DNA from: Octopus sinensis
Taxonomy: Eukaryota
Length of the DNA: 63,176 nt
Direction: 5' to 3'
Assembly (NCBI RefSeq): GCF_006345805.1
Contig: NW_021831878.1
Span: forward strand, 1 to 63,176
Part shown: positions 1 through 11,625 of the stretch, in pieces
How positions within the stretch are numbered: the stretch's first letter is position 1
How the letters are laid out: each line of letters opens with the position of its first letter
Notes under the pieces: model-generated
Told to the model about the DNA's origin: nothing
The model's database searches: none
The model's input: the letters and a program-made list of their open reading frames with translations, nothing else
Translations under genes and position numbers: made by a program

Positions 1-1088
1 CGTGGATGTTAATAGAAGGAGAAAAAGAAAGGAATTCTGTAACGCATGTACACGTGTTTACCCGAAATGGAAAATTTGTTCACGAGTGAATGGGGATATT
101 TTGGTGATGGAGTCGGCGACCGATAAAATATACGTATAGGATTTATAAAGAGCAGATTCGGAGCATTTTAAAGGAATGTGAGGTTGACTGGGGAAGCTGT
201 TTGTAGCAGCAGTTTTGAATTGGAAGTTTCGGAATTACCTTACAAAGATATACTGTATAATTAATGAGGTGATGTGGTGCATGAAAAGAGCAAGGTTTTA
301 GCGATAGGACGATTTCGGTGACGCGGAGAAGAATAGAAGTGCATTCTGTACTCTGTTGTGTTCTCTCACTAATAATTAATCTCCCTATATTTTACTTAAT
401 GAATACAGTCCTTAGCTTTTTCCATCAGTTACAGTATGTGGCTTGTCCAGTCCTCATTCTACATTGTGTGTTCATTCCATTAACCATTAACAGTCACTGT
501 CATCAATTCTAATAGACTATTTTCAATTTAGCCCACACCTACGATCATTGGGCACTCTAATTAATGATAGTCACGTGGCCACTTTTCAGCTCTGGTCACT
601 CACGTACAATACCACCATCCGTAGCCAGTACAATTGATCACCAGTTAGCAGCCTCGGTATTTGATATCTACAATCCAAAGCTGGTCAGCCTGAAATTCTT
701 GATCGCCATGGTGGTTTTCAGTCCAGCCCTGTCTGTAATTTAACGTAGAGATATCTATATTCTATGGTTAGACAACATTCTTTTCATTTGGTCCGTAGTA
801 GACAACATATAATATACTGATTTGACCAAATACCTACAAAGGAGTAAGCAGTCTTGTGTAGTGTCTGTATAGTCTACAGGTATAGACGTTTGAAACGTGA
901 CATATCATAAAAGGATTTGAGAATGTCTATGTCAGAAAACCCGAGAAAGGGTGAGTGTGTGTGCGTGTGCGTGGGAGAGAGTGTTAGAGAGAAAGAGAGG
1001 TAACAAAAAGAGAGAATGAGAGGTATAAAAAGAGAAAAAGAGAAGGACAAAAAGAGAATGAGAGGTCAGAAATATAAAGTATACTAAC

Positions 1089-1163
1089 CGTCATATACAA
1101 GGTTTGAATAAGGAGGACAAGTTGTTCTACCCCACCGGGTATACAATGATCCGAGACCGGGTT
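1089..1163 (-). CDS. Copy 1 coding exon 3 (75 nt, phase 1-1): (K)PGLGSLYTRWGRTTCPPYSNLVYD(G), start of the NC1 domain
   Basis: Acceptor ttaatttcgcag, donor GTTAGT, open frame, and the YTRWGRTTCP motif typical of short-chain collagen C4-like NC1 domains. Confidence 0.9.
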
Positions 1164-1699
1164 CTGCGAAATTAAAATGAAATAAAGTAGTTTAAAAGAA
1201 AGAATTGGGGAATCACTTACAAAGTAGGTTGTTGGATGGGAAGGAATTGATGGAGAAGAGAGAAATATAGAATTTAAGAAAGAACGAGTGAATGAATGAA
1301 AGTCAGAACGAAAGATGTAAATAATAAGAATAAATTGTAAAGAAAGAAAAAAGACATTTGTCTGTTGAGCCTGTTGGTGACGTTGATGTCAAAGATTTGA
1401 GAGATTAATCCCAGAATATCAGAATGTGTATCGGTCTCCGCTATGAACGGATGTATGTATGATACGTAAACTTGGGTATGAGTATATATACTTCTCAATA
1501 GAATAATGATAAAATATTCGCCAGGTGCGAATATTCATCGGTCAATTACAAATATCAGTTTGGAGCTCGGCGCAAATAAGGCCATCATAACTACAATATG
1601 AAAATAACAACCATACCGCATCATTTGTCGATTTAGTTAAAAGACATCGCATCCGGATCTCGAGTAGAGGAGTCCGTTCGATAAATGTATAGCACACCC

Positions 1700-3030
1700 C
1701 ACACAACACCGGTGCAACCAGCAAGAAGTCTGGAACTAAATATGGGGTGTTTGGCGTGGGAGCACAAAATTGACGCTCTCAGGACATCAAAGCAGATCAA
1801 GGAGGGAACAACCTTTAATAATTGAGAATTAAACTGTCTGAATTGTTAGATATAATCTGCCTGTAAGATATAATCGGTGTCTGCTCTAAAAAATTTCGTT
1901 TGTCCGGCTTTTGCATCCAAATTGAGAGTGATCCACCTGAATGAAGTTGGACATCGAAATGGATTCGTGATTGTATTATTTTTTTCGGCAGGTTCTTCTT
2001 CGGTTGAACGCTTATTTGAGCTAAACTCACTTAAATGTGATAAAGCTGCTGGTGAAAAGCAGGTTCGGCTTGATATTTTAGAAACCTTAAATACAGATGG
2101 TATTCTCTGAGTGTCCCATGTACGCTAGGTGGATGGGACCTCTGGAAAAAATACCAAGGCAATGAAATATAGGGTGACAATCACAATTTCTTCGGACAGA
2201 GACCAAGGAGTGTGCTCGAATTATAGAAATGTCTACACTAGATGTCAAGAAAAGATTTGTAGGAAAATTGTCGCGCCCAAGATTACCGTCCGACACGCGG
2301 TACACTCGACCTTTTAGACGTTCAAAACAGATCTTCCAGCAAATACAGAAATATTTCCAAAGTTTAAACGCTATAAACCACGAAAAGGCACACGATCACG
2401 TGCCCTGGGTATTGTTTTGGATGGTTTTCCAGGAAGGTGAGTTTAGTGGGCAAATCATGGTTGCCATAAAGTACTTATATGGATGTTCAAATGTTTGTAT
2501 TTCTGTAAAAGTCGAAAGTTTTCAACGTGAAGGTTTCACTTAGTTGAAGTGTGCATTGTTAGTGCCCCTTCTCACATTCTTTTTTGTGATCTGGTTGAAT
2601 ATGCGCAGCCATTGTGGTAGAGGTATCCCAATTCATCTCTACGTGGTCGGTCGACTGTTATTTGTAGACGACATGCTGCTACCAGATTCGTCTGATGGTC
2701 ACCAACAACGTGCACTGAATTGGTTGACAAATACGCACTGTGTAGGAAAGTGGAAAATCATTATTTCGGGTCTCTATTCACGAATGATTGGAAACACAAG
2801 AGTGGACAGAATGCTGAATTGTAGATATAAACGCAGTGAAGCGCCAGCTCAGGGCATTTTATTCTCAAAAGAAGAGGGCATTCTATGCTTATCGTATGCA
2901 AGCCGGTGGGGCTCGCTCTGAGCACTCTAACTTTTTCACAGTGAACGTACCGGCCACCTAGGACACTCGGCAAAGAGCTCCCTCAGAGGAACCGTGCGGG
3001 CCGAAACAATTATCGACGTAGCACTGCAAA
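1700..3030 (+). mobile_element. Decayed RTE-clade LINE fragment (most of the endonuclease region deleted in this unit)
   Basis: Fragmented translations resemble the RTE reverse transcriptase: KAAGEK..LDILETLNTDGIL, CSNYR, HDHVPW..LWMVFQE..GQIMVAIKYLY, LLFVDDMLL (YADD-like). Many stops and frameshifts. Boundaries approximate. Confidence 0.75.
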
Positions 3031-3251
3031 TATGCTCATATACACGCAATAAATGGCATAGTATATTAGAATAACATTTTATTTAGGAACTTATTGTAAA
3101 ATATTTTAAAATAAATTCAGGCAAGTGTCTTAGTATATACTATCGTAGACATGTGGATAGTAATGTGGAACTAATTCAAAGTTGGTGAAATTATAAATCA
3201 TTGGTTAAGGAGACACGGATAAAAGACTTTAGCTATAAAATTATTTCTTAC

Positions 3252-3303
3252 TTGGTGTGTCATCAGGTTTATCGTCGAGAGATTTCTTGGAGATGAAACG
3301 GTT
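3252..3303 (-). CDS. Copy 1 coding exon 2 (52 nt, phase 0-1): NRFISKKSLDDKPDDTP(K)
   Basis: Strong acceptor tatttctattttttcacag and donor GTAAGA; phases bridge exon 1 to exon 3; conserved in all five units. Confidence 0.85.
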
Positions 3304-3409
3304 CTGTGAAAAAATAGAAATAGCATCATATAAATAGAACTTCAGGGTATTTATTATCGTTTAGAACTTAAAACAATGCAATAGATGACAACATATTCGA
3401 GCAGGTATC

Positions 3410-3998
3410 ATTGCCAACACTACCATCTCAACCCCTTAGGAATCTTCTAGAAGGCGCTTCCACCCTGTCAAACGATTTCTGAACAATAACAGACAATACA
3501 ACTCTGCATTTCAAATGACATCGTTTGGTGAATCTAAGAAGATAGATAAACATGAATTTACGCCGACGTCAAAGTTCAAGGGCAAGTCTATCCCATCATT
3601 GGTTCTCTGGTACCCGCGAATGAACAACCACAGTTCCTCCAAATTTACTCTATTAGTGATGTAGGACAACAAACCCGACGTGAGGTGTCAAAATTTCCGA
3701 TGATGGGTCGTGTTAGACACAGCGCACACTGCTGCAAAGGAGAGTATATCCACTGACATTTCGGTGCGTTCAAAAATCACTCAAACTCCACATCCAATTT
3801 TGCAAGACAGGTTACGGCCTGAAACACTCCAAACGGACGCATAGCATGTTGCTTAGTCGAATTAGCCCAGCATTTACTCTACAAATGTTTTGTTGTCAAT
3901 GTTGCACTTTCCCATATCACCTTTTTTAAAATGACTGGTATATATTATATACCATCTTTGCCATTTTAATCCCCAGCAATGCCGGGTATGACTGCTAG
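3410..3998 (+). mobile_element. Internally deleted Helitron (Rep N-terminal remnant plus hairpin-CTAG 3' end)
   Basis: Decayed NSAFQMTSFG...VQGQVYPIIGS...PQFLQIY motifs; imperfect hairpin cccagcaatgccggg (3972-3986) followed by CTAG (3995-3998) and T. 5' boundary approximate. Confidence 0.7.
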
Positions 3999-3999
3999 T

Positions 4000-4033
<34 letters not shown>

Positions 4034-4197
4034 CTACACACACATTTCTACATATATATATATATATATATATCTACACACATGTATATTTATAGTTAAA
4101 TTTAATCCAAACAAGAAAGCACAAAAAAAACAACAACGCGAGAACGTGGAACCAGCATAGTATTACTGGACGCTCAGTAGAGAAGGAAAGAAGGAGG

Positions 4198-4232
4198 GTT
4201 TAACGTTTCAGGTGCAGCTCTTCGTCGGAAAC
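4198..4232 (-). ncRNA. Minimal hammerhead-like motif (U4C core variant) in an intronic interspersed repeat; homologues at 16761-16795, 34086-34120, 46394-46428, 60157-60191
   Basis: Minus strand reads GTTT-CCGACGA-A-stem II-GAA-ACGT-T-AAAC, with palindromic stem III ACGT. Stem II is degraded in this copy. Confidence 0.45.
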
Positions 4233-4631
4233 TTAGGAGAAGGAAAGATCCAGAGGAGGGAAGACGGAAGACAAAAAATCGCCAATGGTACACACACGGG
4301 CACATTTTGAATGACCGGAAGGAAATGGGAGAAGTAAAGATCTTTCAAAGACAGGAGAAAGGTAGAGGAGGAGGGATGTGTGTTTGTAAGTGTGGATAAG
4401 AGCGTGCGCGGAGGTCTGCGTGTGTGTGTGGGTTTTTTTTGTGTTGTGTGGGAGTAATGTGCGTGCGTGTGTGCGCTTAAGTACCTGTATGTGCGTGTGT
4501 ATCTGTGCCCATGTGTGTATAAGTGTGGGTATTGTTATATATGAGTATTGTTCGTTAAAGGTATATGTGGGCATCTGTGCTGGTGTGTGTGTATGTGTGC
4601 GTGTGCGTGTATTGTGTGCGTATGATACGTA

Positions 4632-5008
4632 CACTTGCGTCAGAAATTAATTAGCACTTCTCAAATTTCTACATTAAATAGGTTAAATCAATTAACCTAT
4701 GAGCTGTTCAAAACGTCTTACGCGATGAGAAAACTTAGTATGGTGTGATTTCGGTCCTTGCGAGGCGCTACCTATATCTATTAAACAAAGGAAGATTTGT
4801 CTGCATCCGCACTCCAATTTGTTGCACTGCTATGTCAACATCATAAGGCTGTAGACTCTCAAACTGCTCTGCAAACAAAGTTACGTCATCATTCTGCGCA
4901 ACAGTGAACTCGCAACAAAGCAATAGTTCGAGATATGGCCACTAGGTGACAGCACATACCTTGAGTGAAGAGCAAATCAAGGGTGCTAATTAATTTCTGA
5001 CGGTAGTG
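4632..5008. mobile_element. Tc1/mariner-type MITE, 377 bp, unit 1 only
   Basis: 26-bp TIRs (cacttgcgtcagaaattaattagcac / gtgctaattaatttctgacggtagtg, 2 mismatches); TA duplication at 4630-4631 and 5009-5010; empty site present in units 2-4. Confidence 0.9.
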
Positions 5009-5109
5009 TATATCTCCGTGATCACCGTCACAGACCAGGCTATCAGTTGTTGCTCCATATCGCTGGTCACAATGCGCTTCGCGTTGTTTTAGCATTCAAA
5101 TGACAACGC

Positions 5110-5250
5110 GAGTAGGCCAACAGAAGGAAGGGAAAAAGTTGTAGCGAAAGGGTACATCAGTGATCACAACAACCCAATTCCCTGAGACTCGTGGAGCATT
5201 AAACACTCACTACGCCCAGTCCGCTTCCCTAACCACTAGGCCACTGCCAC
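5110..5250 (-). mobile_element. Deleted copy of tRNA-derived SINE family 1
   Basis: Homologous to the fuller copies at 17985-18182, 35328-35526 and 47604-47791. Confidence 0.6.
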
Positions 5251-5257
5251 TGCCACG

Positions 5258-5264
5258 CCACACA

Positions 5265-5354
<90 letters not shown>

Positions 5355-5359
5355 ATATA
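5258..5359. repeat. (TA)n microsatellite
   Basis: Near-perfect TA run. Confidence 0.95.
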
Positions 5360-5366
5360 ATCAAAA

Positions 5367-5980
5367 ATGAGGGTGTCTGAAAGACACCAACATGCCGAAA
5401 TAGCAGTCGAAATTCTGACTATAAAACCACGAGGTAAAGCGGAGGGACAAAACATACAAGCAAAAATTATTGAATAATTCAAGATCCAAGGATTTCTGGT
5501 TCTGCTTTAAATAAGCTTTACCATCATCAATTGAATATATCAAGGGTACATAAATACAGATTTATATATGCACAGCAAACGATATACTTACACATACGAG
5601 CGTCGTGCATACATACATATGCACGTATTGACACAGCCAGTTGAATTGCCCGCCAAAGCACCGCATAAATACGATATGGTTAAAATAAGCACCGCAGTGA
5701 ATATAATAACGAATTATATAAATTTATATATGAGGATAATATCGATATTTAAGTATCAAAATTATCAAGTGGCCAGCATGAAAGAAATACCTCACAGAGG
5801 TAAAAAATGTTTTAACAATTAAATATGAGGGTGTCTAAAAGACACCAACATGCCGAAATAGCAGTCGAAATTCTGACTATAAAACCACGTTAAGTGTTCA
5901 TATCGTACCATGAGGTAAAGCGGAGGGACAAAACATACGAGCAAAAATCATTGAATAATTCAAGATCCAAGGATTTCTGG
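5367..5980. repeat. Unit-1-specific insertion beside (TA)n, bounded by 133-bp and 156-bp direct repeats (5367-5499, 5825-5980)
   Basis: atgagggtgtct...gaaatagcagtcgaaattctgac...ggatttctgg occurs twice; the second copy has a 23-bp insertion. Absent from units 2-4. Confidence 0.8.
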
Positions 5981-6664
5981 ATATATATACATACATCTCA
6001 ATATATAGGTATACACATAAATATCACAAATATACATATCTACTTATACGCATACACACACACAAACGCACACATATATGTGAGTGGACATACACTGTAT
6101 AGTGTGATTGTTCGTGTACAATTGAGCACGTGTGTCTGTGTGCGTGCGTATGTGTGTGTGTTTGTGTTTATTTGTGCGTGTGTTTGTCCGTGTGTCTGTG
6201 TGTATGTATTTACATTCGTTCTTACATATTGTCATATATAAAAACCAACGTGAATTACAGTCAAACATTACGAAATTCACCGATCTACATTGGCACTCGT
6301 ACGTTTTATTTTCAGTTGGAAAGAAAAGATTAAAAAAACTCGCCTCACTTCCGTTCCTGATGGAGAGAAATAGATAAAACGTGTGTAAATATGTACGTAT
6401 TCCTATGTGTGTGTGTGTGTGGTGTGTGTGTGTTTGTATGTGTCTGTTTCTGTGCGTGTGCGTAAGTGTACATCTAGATATAATACTTAACGCTAATATT
6501 AATAGGGCTAAACGTTGCAGCGACAGGGCATGGCCATGCTGGAACCCCACCATTAGATTTTTTTCATTACGCACTTATTTCCCTCTCCAGGATTATGTCT
6601 GGTGAAAGAGCGATCGGACAGGAGTACAATTCCACCCTTCTTTGTGTTTCCTTGGGATGTGCGT

Positions 6665-6669
6665 ATATG

Positions 6670-6753
<84 letters not shown>

Positions 6754-6758
6754 ATATA

Positions 6759-6805
<47 letters not shown>

Positions 6806-6817
6806 ATATATATATAT

Positions 6818-6862
<45 letters not shown>
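6665..6862. repeat. Compound (TA)n-(GATA)n microsatellite
   Basis: Visible directly; homologous tracts near 18945, 36290 and 48540. Confidence 0.9.
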
Positions 6863-6864
<2 letters not shown>

Positions 6865-6910
6865 TGTATGTACATACATACGTAACTATATATGTGTGTA
6901 TGTATATATG

Positions 6911-6945
<35 letters not shown>

Positions 6946-7014
6946 TGTATGTATGTGTGTGTGTGTGTGTGTGTATAGCACACATAGTGTGTATGCATCT
7001 ATATTTTATGTATG

Positions 7015-7210
7015 TGTCTGTGATTGTCGCACCGCTATCGATTCTCAACTGATGTCGGCGTGTTTACGTCCCCGTTACATAGCGGTTCGGCTAGAGATAC
7101 CGATATAATGAGCAATAGGCTTACAAAGAATAATTCCTGAAGTCGATTTGTCCTACTAAACGCAGTGCTCTAGCATAGCCGCAGTCAAATGAATGAAACG
7201 GTTAACAGAA
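7015..7210 (+). mobile_element. 3' half of SINE family 2
   Basis: Matches the 3' part of the SINE at 19511-19968 (gtgtttacgtccccgttacatagcggttcggc...gcagtcaaatga). Confidence 0.75.
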
Positions 7211-7252
7211 TATATTTATATACAAACAAACACACACACACACACACCACAC

Positions 7253-7283
<31 letters not shown>

Positions 7284-7679
7284 GATATATATATAGAGAA
7301 AGATAGACAGAGAGATACAGTGATAGATACACACACGCATATATTTGCTTGTATATATATATCTATATGTGTTCACGCGCTAATATATTCATATATATGT
7401 ATATTTATATATACATATATATGTATATTATATATACAAATATATGTATATGTATATATATGTATGTTTAGGTGTGTGCGCCTGTGTGTTCGTGTGTGAT
7501 TACGTGTGTGATCGTATGTGTGTGTGTGCTCCATAGGAACATATGTACGTGATTCATCCATCCATCGGTACGTACATACATCCACATATTAATACATACA
7601 TACGTAAATGCATACATACATACATGCATATATAAATACATAAATACATAAATATATTAACAAAAAATCCATGACTTAC

Positions 7680-7823
7680 CGTTTTCGATTTCTCTTCCAT
7701 TTTTCCTATTCTTGAATCTTGATGAAGAATCACGATCGTCAGAACGAGAAGAACCCCAAAAGCTATGAGAGAAGAAATGGAATAACGCTGCGAAATATTC
7801 CTGGACAGTTGTGCGAAATCCAT
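7680..7823 (-). CDS. Copy 1 coding exon 1 (144 nt): MDFAQLSRNISQRYSISSLIAFGVLLVLTIVILHQDSRIGKMEEKSKT, type II signal anchor
   Basis: ATG start, ~17-residue hydrophobic stretch preceded by basic residues, perfect phase-0 GTAAGT donor; conserved in four units. Confidence 0.85.
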
Positions 7824-8239
7824 TCTGGTGACAGTTGTCGGTCGTAAGTGATACTTCGTGTGGCTTCAACAAAAGATCGAGATGCGAGGTTGAAGCTGAA
7901 GACTGTAACTGAATTCCACGTATTTATTGAGCGCACAACAACCCAGCTCTGGCATAGATCTTATCGTAAATGTATGAACCAATGCGATTGGTGGAACTGT
8001 AAAAGCGGGTGTGTGAACTTGTCTGACAGGTTTAATTATTGGAAAGAGATGGTTTGATATTGTCACACAATAATTAGCAAAATATTTTGATGAATGAGAG
8101 ACACGTGTAAAGTGAAATGATTCCTGTTTCTGGATATATTATGATATATTTATTTACTAATGTTTTTATTTAATTTTATTTGTTATTCTTGGGAAACTGT
8201 TTTAATATTCAGTGTGGGAAGTATTTCGTTCAACAGACG

Positions 8240-8897
8240 AGTACACAGACACACACAAAACACACACACACACAAACACACACACACAAACACACACACA
8301 CACACTGACACACACACACACTGACACACTGACACACACACACACACACAGACACACATACACACGCACACACTGACATACATACACACACACACACTGA
8401 CACACACACACACGCACACTGAGAAACACACACACACTGACACACACACACCGATACACACACAAATACAAACACACATACACACTGACACACCCACACA
8501 CACACACACTCTCACACACACACACTGACACACACACACTGACATACACACACACACATACACTGACACACACACACACACACTGACATACACACACACA
8601 CGCACACACACACTGACACACATACACACACTGACATACACACACACACACAGACACACACACACTCACACACACACACACTGACATACTCATACACACA
8701 TACACACATTAACACACACACACACATTCACACACACACACATACACTGACGCACACACACACATACACACTGATAAACACACACACACACACTGACCCA
8801 CACACTGTGACTCACACACACTGACACACACACACGCTGTGACACACACACACACATACACACACACGGACAGATGCACACACACACACACACACAT
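8240..8897. repeat. Degenerate (CA)n / (CTGACACACACA)n satellite-like tract
   Basis: Visible periodicity; source of the spurious VC/HT ORFs. Homologues near 21310-21785, 38430-39185, 50660-51275 and 60940-61395. Confidence 0.9.
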
Positions 8898-10280
8898 ATG
8901 CGGGGAAAATGCAGGCTCGTACGAGCGACCGCAGTTACTGTTGGGGCACAAGGTTGAAGTCATCTCCTCTAGCGAAGTAGTTATCAAAGAGAAATACCGA
9001 AGGGAGGTAACTCACGACAGACTCCAGCCTGGCGCTCTAATGGCGTCACTTACTCGTTGTTGTTGACTATGTTTAAGTTAAAGCTATGGTTTTAAGTTTG
9101 TCCAGATATTCCCCTCTTCGGTATTTTCTTTTGATAACGGCTGAACTGGAACCCGATAGGGAGCAGCAGTGGACTGATATGCTGTTTTTGCCGCTTTCTG
9201 CACTGAATTTGCCTTTAGAGTTTGAAATATGCCATTAGCACATTTTAACGAACCTAAAAATTGCTTATGCCTAATACTGAGCGCTAATACTGTTCACTGG
9301 AAACGCCATGTTGAATGTTTCCATATATTCATTTGTCAATTTGCATTTCGTGCTTTCATATTACTTAATTATTATTCTTTTTCTCTAGCTTTTTCACAAT
9401 CGAGCATTCTTATGGCACGCAATTATTCGGACAAAAAACGTGCTGCCACCCACAGATCCCTCTTTCCACGGATACCTTCGTTTATCTGGCAGCGATTCTA
9501 CAAACTCCCACATACAAGGAGCAATCATGCTGGGTAGAGTGTGAAAGACTCAACATGTTGCACTGATTCCACCTAATGTATATTTTATAAGTGGTGTTCC
9601 TTTCCTTACTAAGTCGTTTATGTGTGTTACAGTTATTGTATGCATGTATCTCGAAGCAAGTTCCTCTTCTGCGAGTTTGATAGTTTTATGTTACAGACGG
9701 AGATAATTTGTTGAACTCGATGTTTTGTGGTGTTGCTGTAGATTCGGTTGATGCTGTTCCTGAAGTCTACTCATATTTCTTGGTGGTTTCATATTTTATT
9801 TTGGCACATCAGTTTTCAGGGAACGATGAGAGGCTGCGTGTGTAATGTGACGCGAGGCTGTGTGTGTGTGATTTTTATAGAAAAGCGGGAATATGTGAAT
9901 GTAGGTTGAAAATATTTCATCGTGGGACGTGTACTTGTACCCTTGTCGAAAGTGTTTCGTGAAAACTTCAATGTGTTAGTAACCTGACAAGTAGTTAGGT
10001 AGTCAACATTTTGTGGTATTACTTCAGTGGATATCAAATATGCTTTATTAGGTAATATCCGCGATTGGATTGCAGAGCTTTCATCGCATCGATTGTAGTT
10101 ACATTGATACGTATGGGAGTATTTTTCTTATTAAACCATCATGATTTAGTGATGTTAGTTATAAGCTTTTATCGTGTTTTTTGAAGATTGATCATGAAAG
10201 GGTGATATATTTGTACGGAGGTGTTTCATTTGGGGATTGTTTTCATTTTAAGACGGAATACACACATTTAAACGAATCAT

Positions 10281-10286
10281 TTTATT
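10281..10286 (-). terminator. Candidate polyadenylation signal AATAAA of copy 2 (homologues 25302-25307, 40575-40580, 52664-52669)
   Basis: AATAAA ~290 nt after the stop codon, at the point where similarity between A- and B-type 3' flanks ends. Confidence 0.55.
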
Positions 10287-10567
10287 TCAACTTTTAAATT
10301 TGATAAACTGAACCTCATAAAATGTATTCTAGAATCATTCCCTGAGGATTACATCGTTCTGTTAAGCTATTTGTCACATTCTATGACGTCTCTGTTGTTT
10401 CGTTTTGAATATTTTCTGAAAACTTGTAGCAGCAATTTAATTAACGACATATATTAGTTGGATAAAATACTGCGAAACATAATTACAAGAAACGTATATG
10501 TTGCTTTAAAATATTATATTTTAGGAATCGCCAACAAATTTTCATATAGAAACGAATGTAATTCTAT

Positions 10568-11071
10568 TCAATATTTACTGCACACAACACAGGTTAATTC
10601 TCTCGACATCGACATACGGTGGACATGGCAATGAACCACAAGCAGCCTGAACGAAATACAGTAGAGCTCCATCTTCGTTTCTGTAACCCGCTGGATCAGC
10701 TTCTGGTGCATAATCCACACACACATATTCTTGCCTGCCCTTTTCTGCGTGATGACTAGCCATCAAATATCCTGAATACTCAGCTGTCCAACCAGAGTAA
10801 CACTTTGTCCTGGCTGGTAACATCATAACGACAGCAGGTTGTCGTGTCAAACAGACAGCGCACGGAACGTTGTGCTCATGAATTGATTCAGCGCGTTAGC
10901 AAAAGAAAAGAGTTTATTAGTCGGGTAATACTGTAGTTGATATTCACTGCCATGAATGTAACCACCTTTTTCAACTTCTGTCGTTATAATTGGCCCAAAT
11001 GGGGTCGTTAGGTAGACACAAGAGATTACTTCCGCCACCTGTGTGGTCGTACCATTGTCCACCAGCCACAC
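10568..11071 (-). pseudogene. Copy 2 terminal exon, NC1 domain, with indels (pseudogene or consensus error)
   Basis: Acceptor ttattcttactaattcaag. Reads VAGGQWYDHTGGGSNLLCLPNDPIWANY..VPCAVCLTRQPAVVMMLPARTKCYSGWTAEYSGYLMASHHAEKGRQEYVCVDYAPEADPAGY..ACGSLPCPPY. Indels: +1 near 10985, +2 near 10892, net +1 near 10603. Confidence 0.85.
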
Positions 11072-11264
11072 CTTGAATTAGTAAGAATAAATCAATTAAA
11101 AAAGATATTAAGCAAAATTATATACGAAATAACGGAAACATTCATTACAATTTTTCACTTAAAAGAAGTCATGCTTAGTCACGTGTGAACGAATTGTGGT
11201 GTATATATGTTAGTGTTTATGATGTTTAACTGTGTGTTGCTGAATCGTAACTGTACATATACCT

Positions 11265-11311
<47 letters not shown>

Positions 11312-11341
11312 GATCAAATAAAACATGATGCCAAGGATTCA

Positions 11342-11418
11342 GCGGTACATATGTTTCGGGCCTTTATTAGGCAGATTTATAACAATGCATAATGTATGTC
11401 GTGGCCTTCTTCAGCCGC
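11342..11418 (-). ncRNA. Minimal type I hammerhead ribozyme motif (sense to the host pre-mRNA)
   Basis: GCGG-CTGAAGA-AGGCC...GGCCC-GAA-ACATATGT-A-CCGC: stem I GCGG/CCGC, intact core, palindromic stem III, GUA cleavage triplet. Confidence 0.8.
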
Positions 11419-11547
11419 GCACAACAACTTCTTCCACAAGGACATGTGTTACATCAAAAATTCTTGGTTGGGGATGCAAATCCTCTCATTCGCGTACGAC
11501 AAGAATTTTTGATGTAACACATGTCCTTGTGGAAGAAGTTGTTGTGC

Positions 11548-11625
11548 GCGGCTGAAGAAGGCCACAGACATACATTATGCATTGTTATAAATCTGTCTAA
11601 TAAAGGCCCGAAACATATGTACCGC
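11548..11625 (+). ncRNA. Minimal type I hammerhead ribozyme motif (mirror copy)
   Basis: GCGG 11548-51, CTGAAGA 11552-58, GAAA 11610-13, ACATATGT 11613-20, predicted cleavage after A11621, CCGC 11622-25. Confidence 0.8.

Larger units (their letters stand above)
1089..7823 (-). other. Gene copy 1 (partial: exons 1-3; the NC1 exon would lie left of the window) of the tandem collagen-less spongin-NC1 family
   Basis: Three intact exons with canonical GT/AG ends and compatible phases, homologous to the four other copies in the window. Confidence 0.85.

Noticed and set aside
318-512. Hydrophobic ~64-aa ORF (M)RRRIEVHSVLCCVLSLI... repeated in several units
   Set aside because: No ATG start, disrupted in units 3 and 4, no splice signals, and antisense within an intron; recurrence is explained by segmental duplication.
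1513-1535. Short hairpin atattcgc-caggt-gcgaatat
   Set aside because: An 8-bp stem with no associated feature; expected by chance and copied with the unit.
2544-2921. Recurrent ORF MKCALLVPLLTFFFVIWLNMRSHCGRG..., which looks like a signal-peptide protein
   Set aside because: It is the decayed RT region of the RTE LINE (LLFVDD = YADD motif). It starts at TTG and has different stops and frames in each unit.
6560-6625. Strong plus-strand acceptor-like site (cttatttccctctccag) and a possible extra minus-strand exon in intron 1
   Set aside because: No matching donor on the plus strand and the frame stops at once. The minus-strand candidate lacks a polypyrimidine tract and is not needed for phase compatibility.
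9080-9290. ~60-codon stop-free minus-strand frame in the A spacer
   Set aside because: No start codon or acceptor, and an in-frame TAA is present in the unit 3 homologue.
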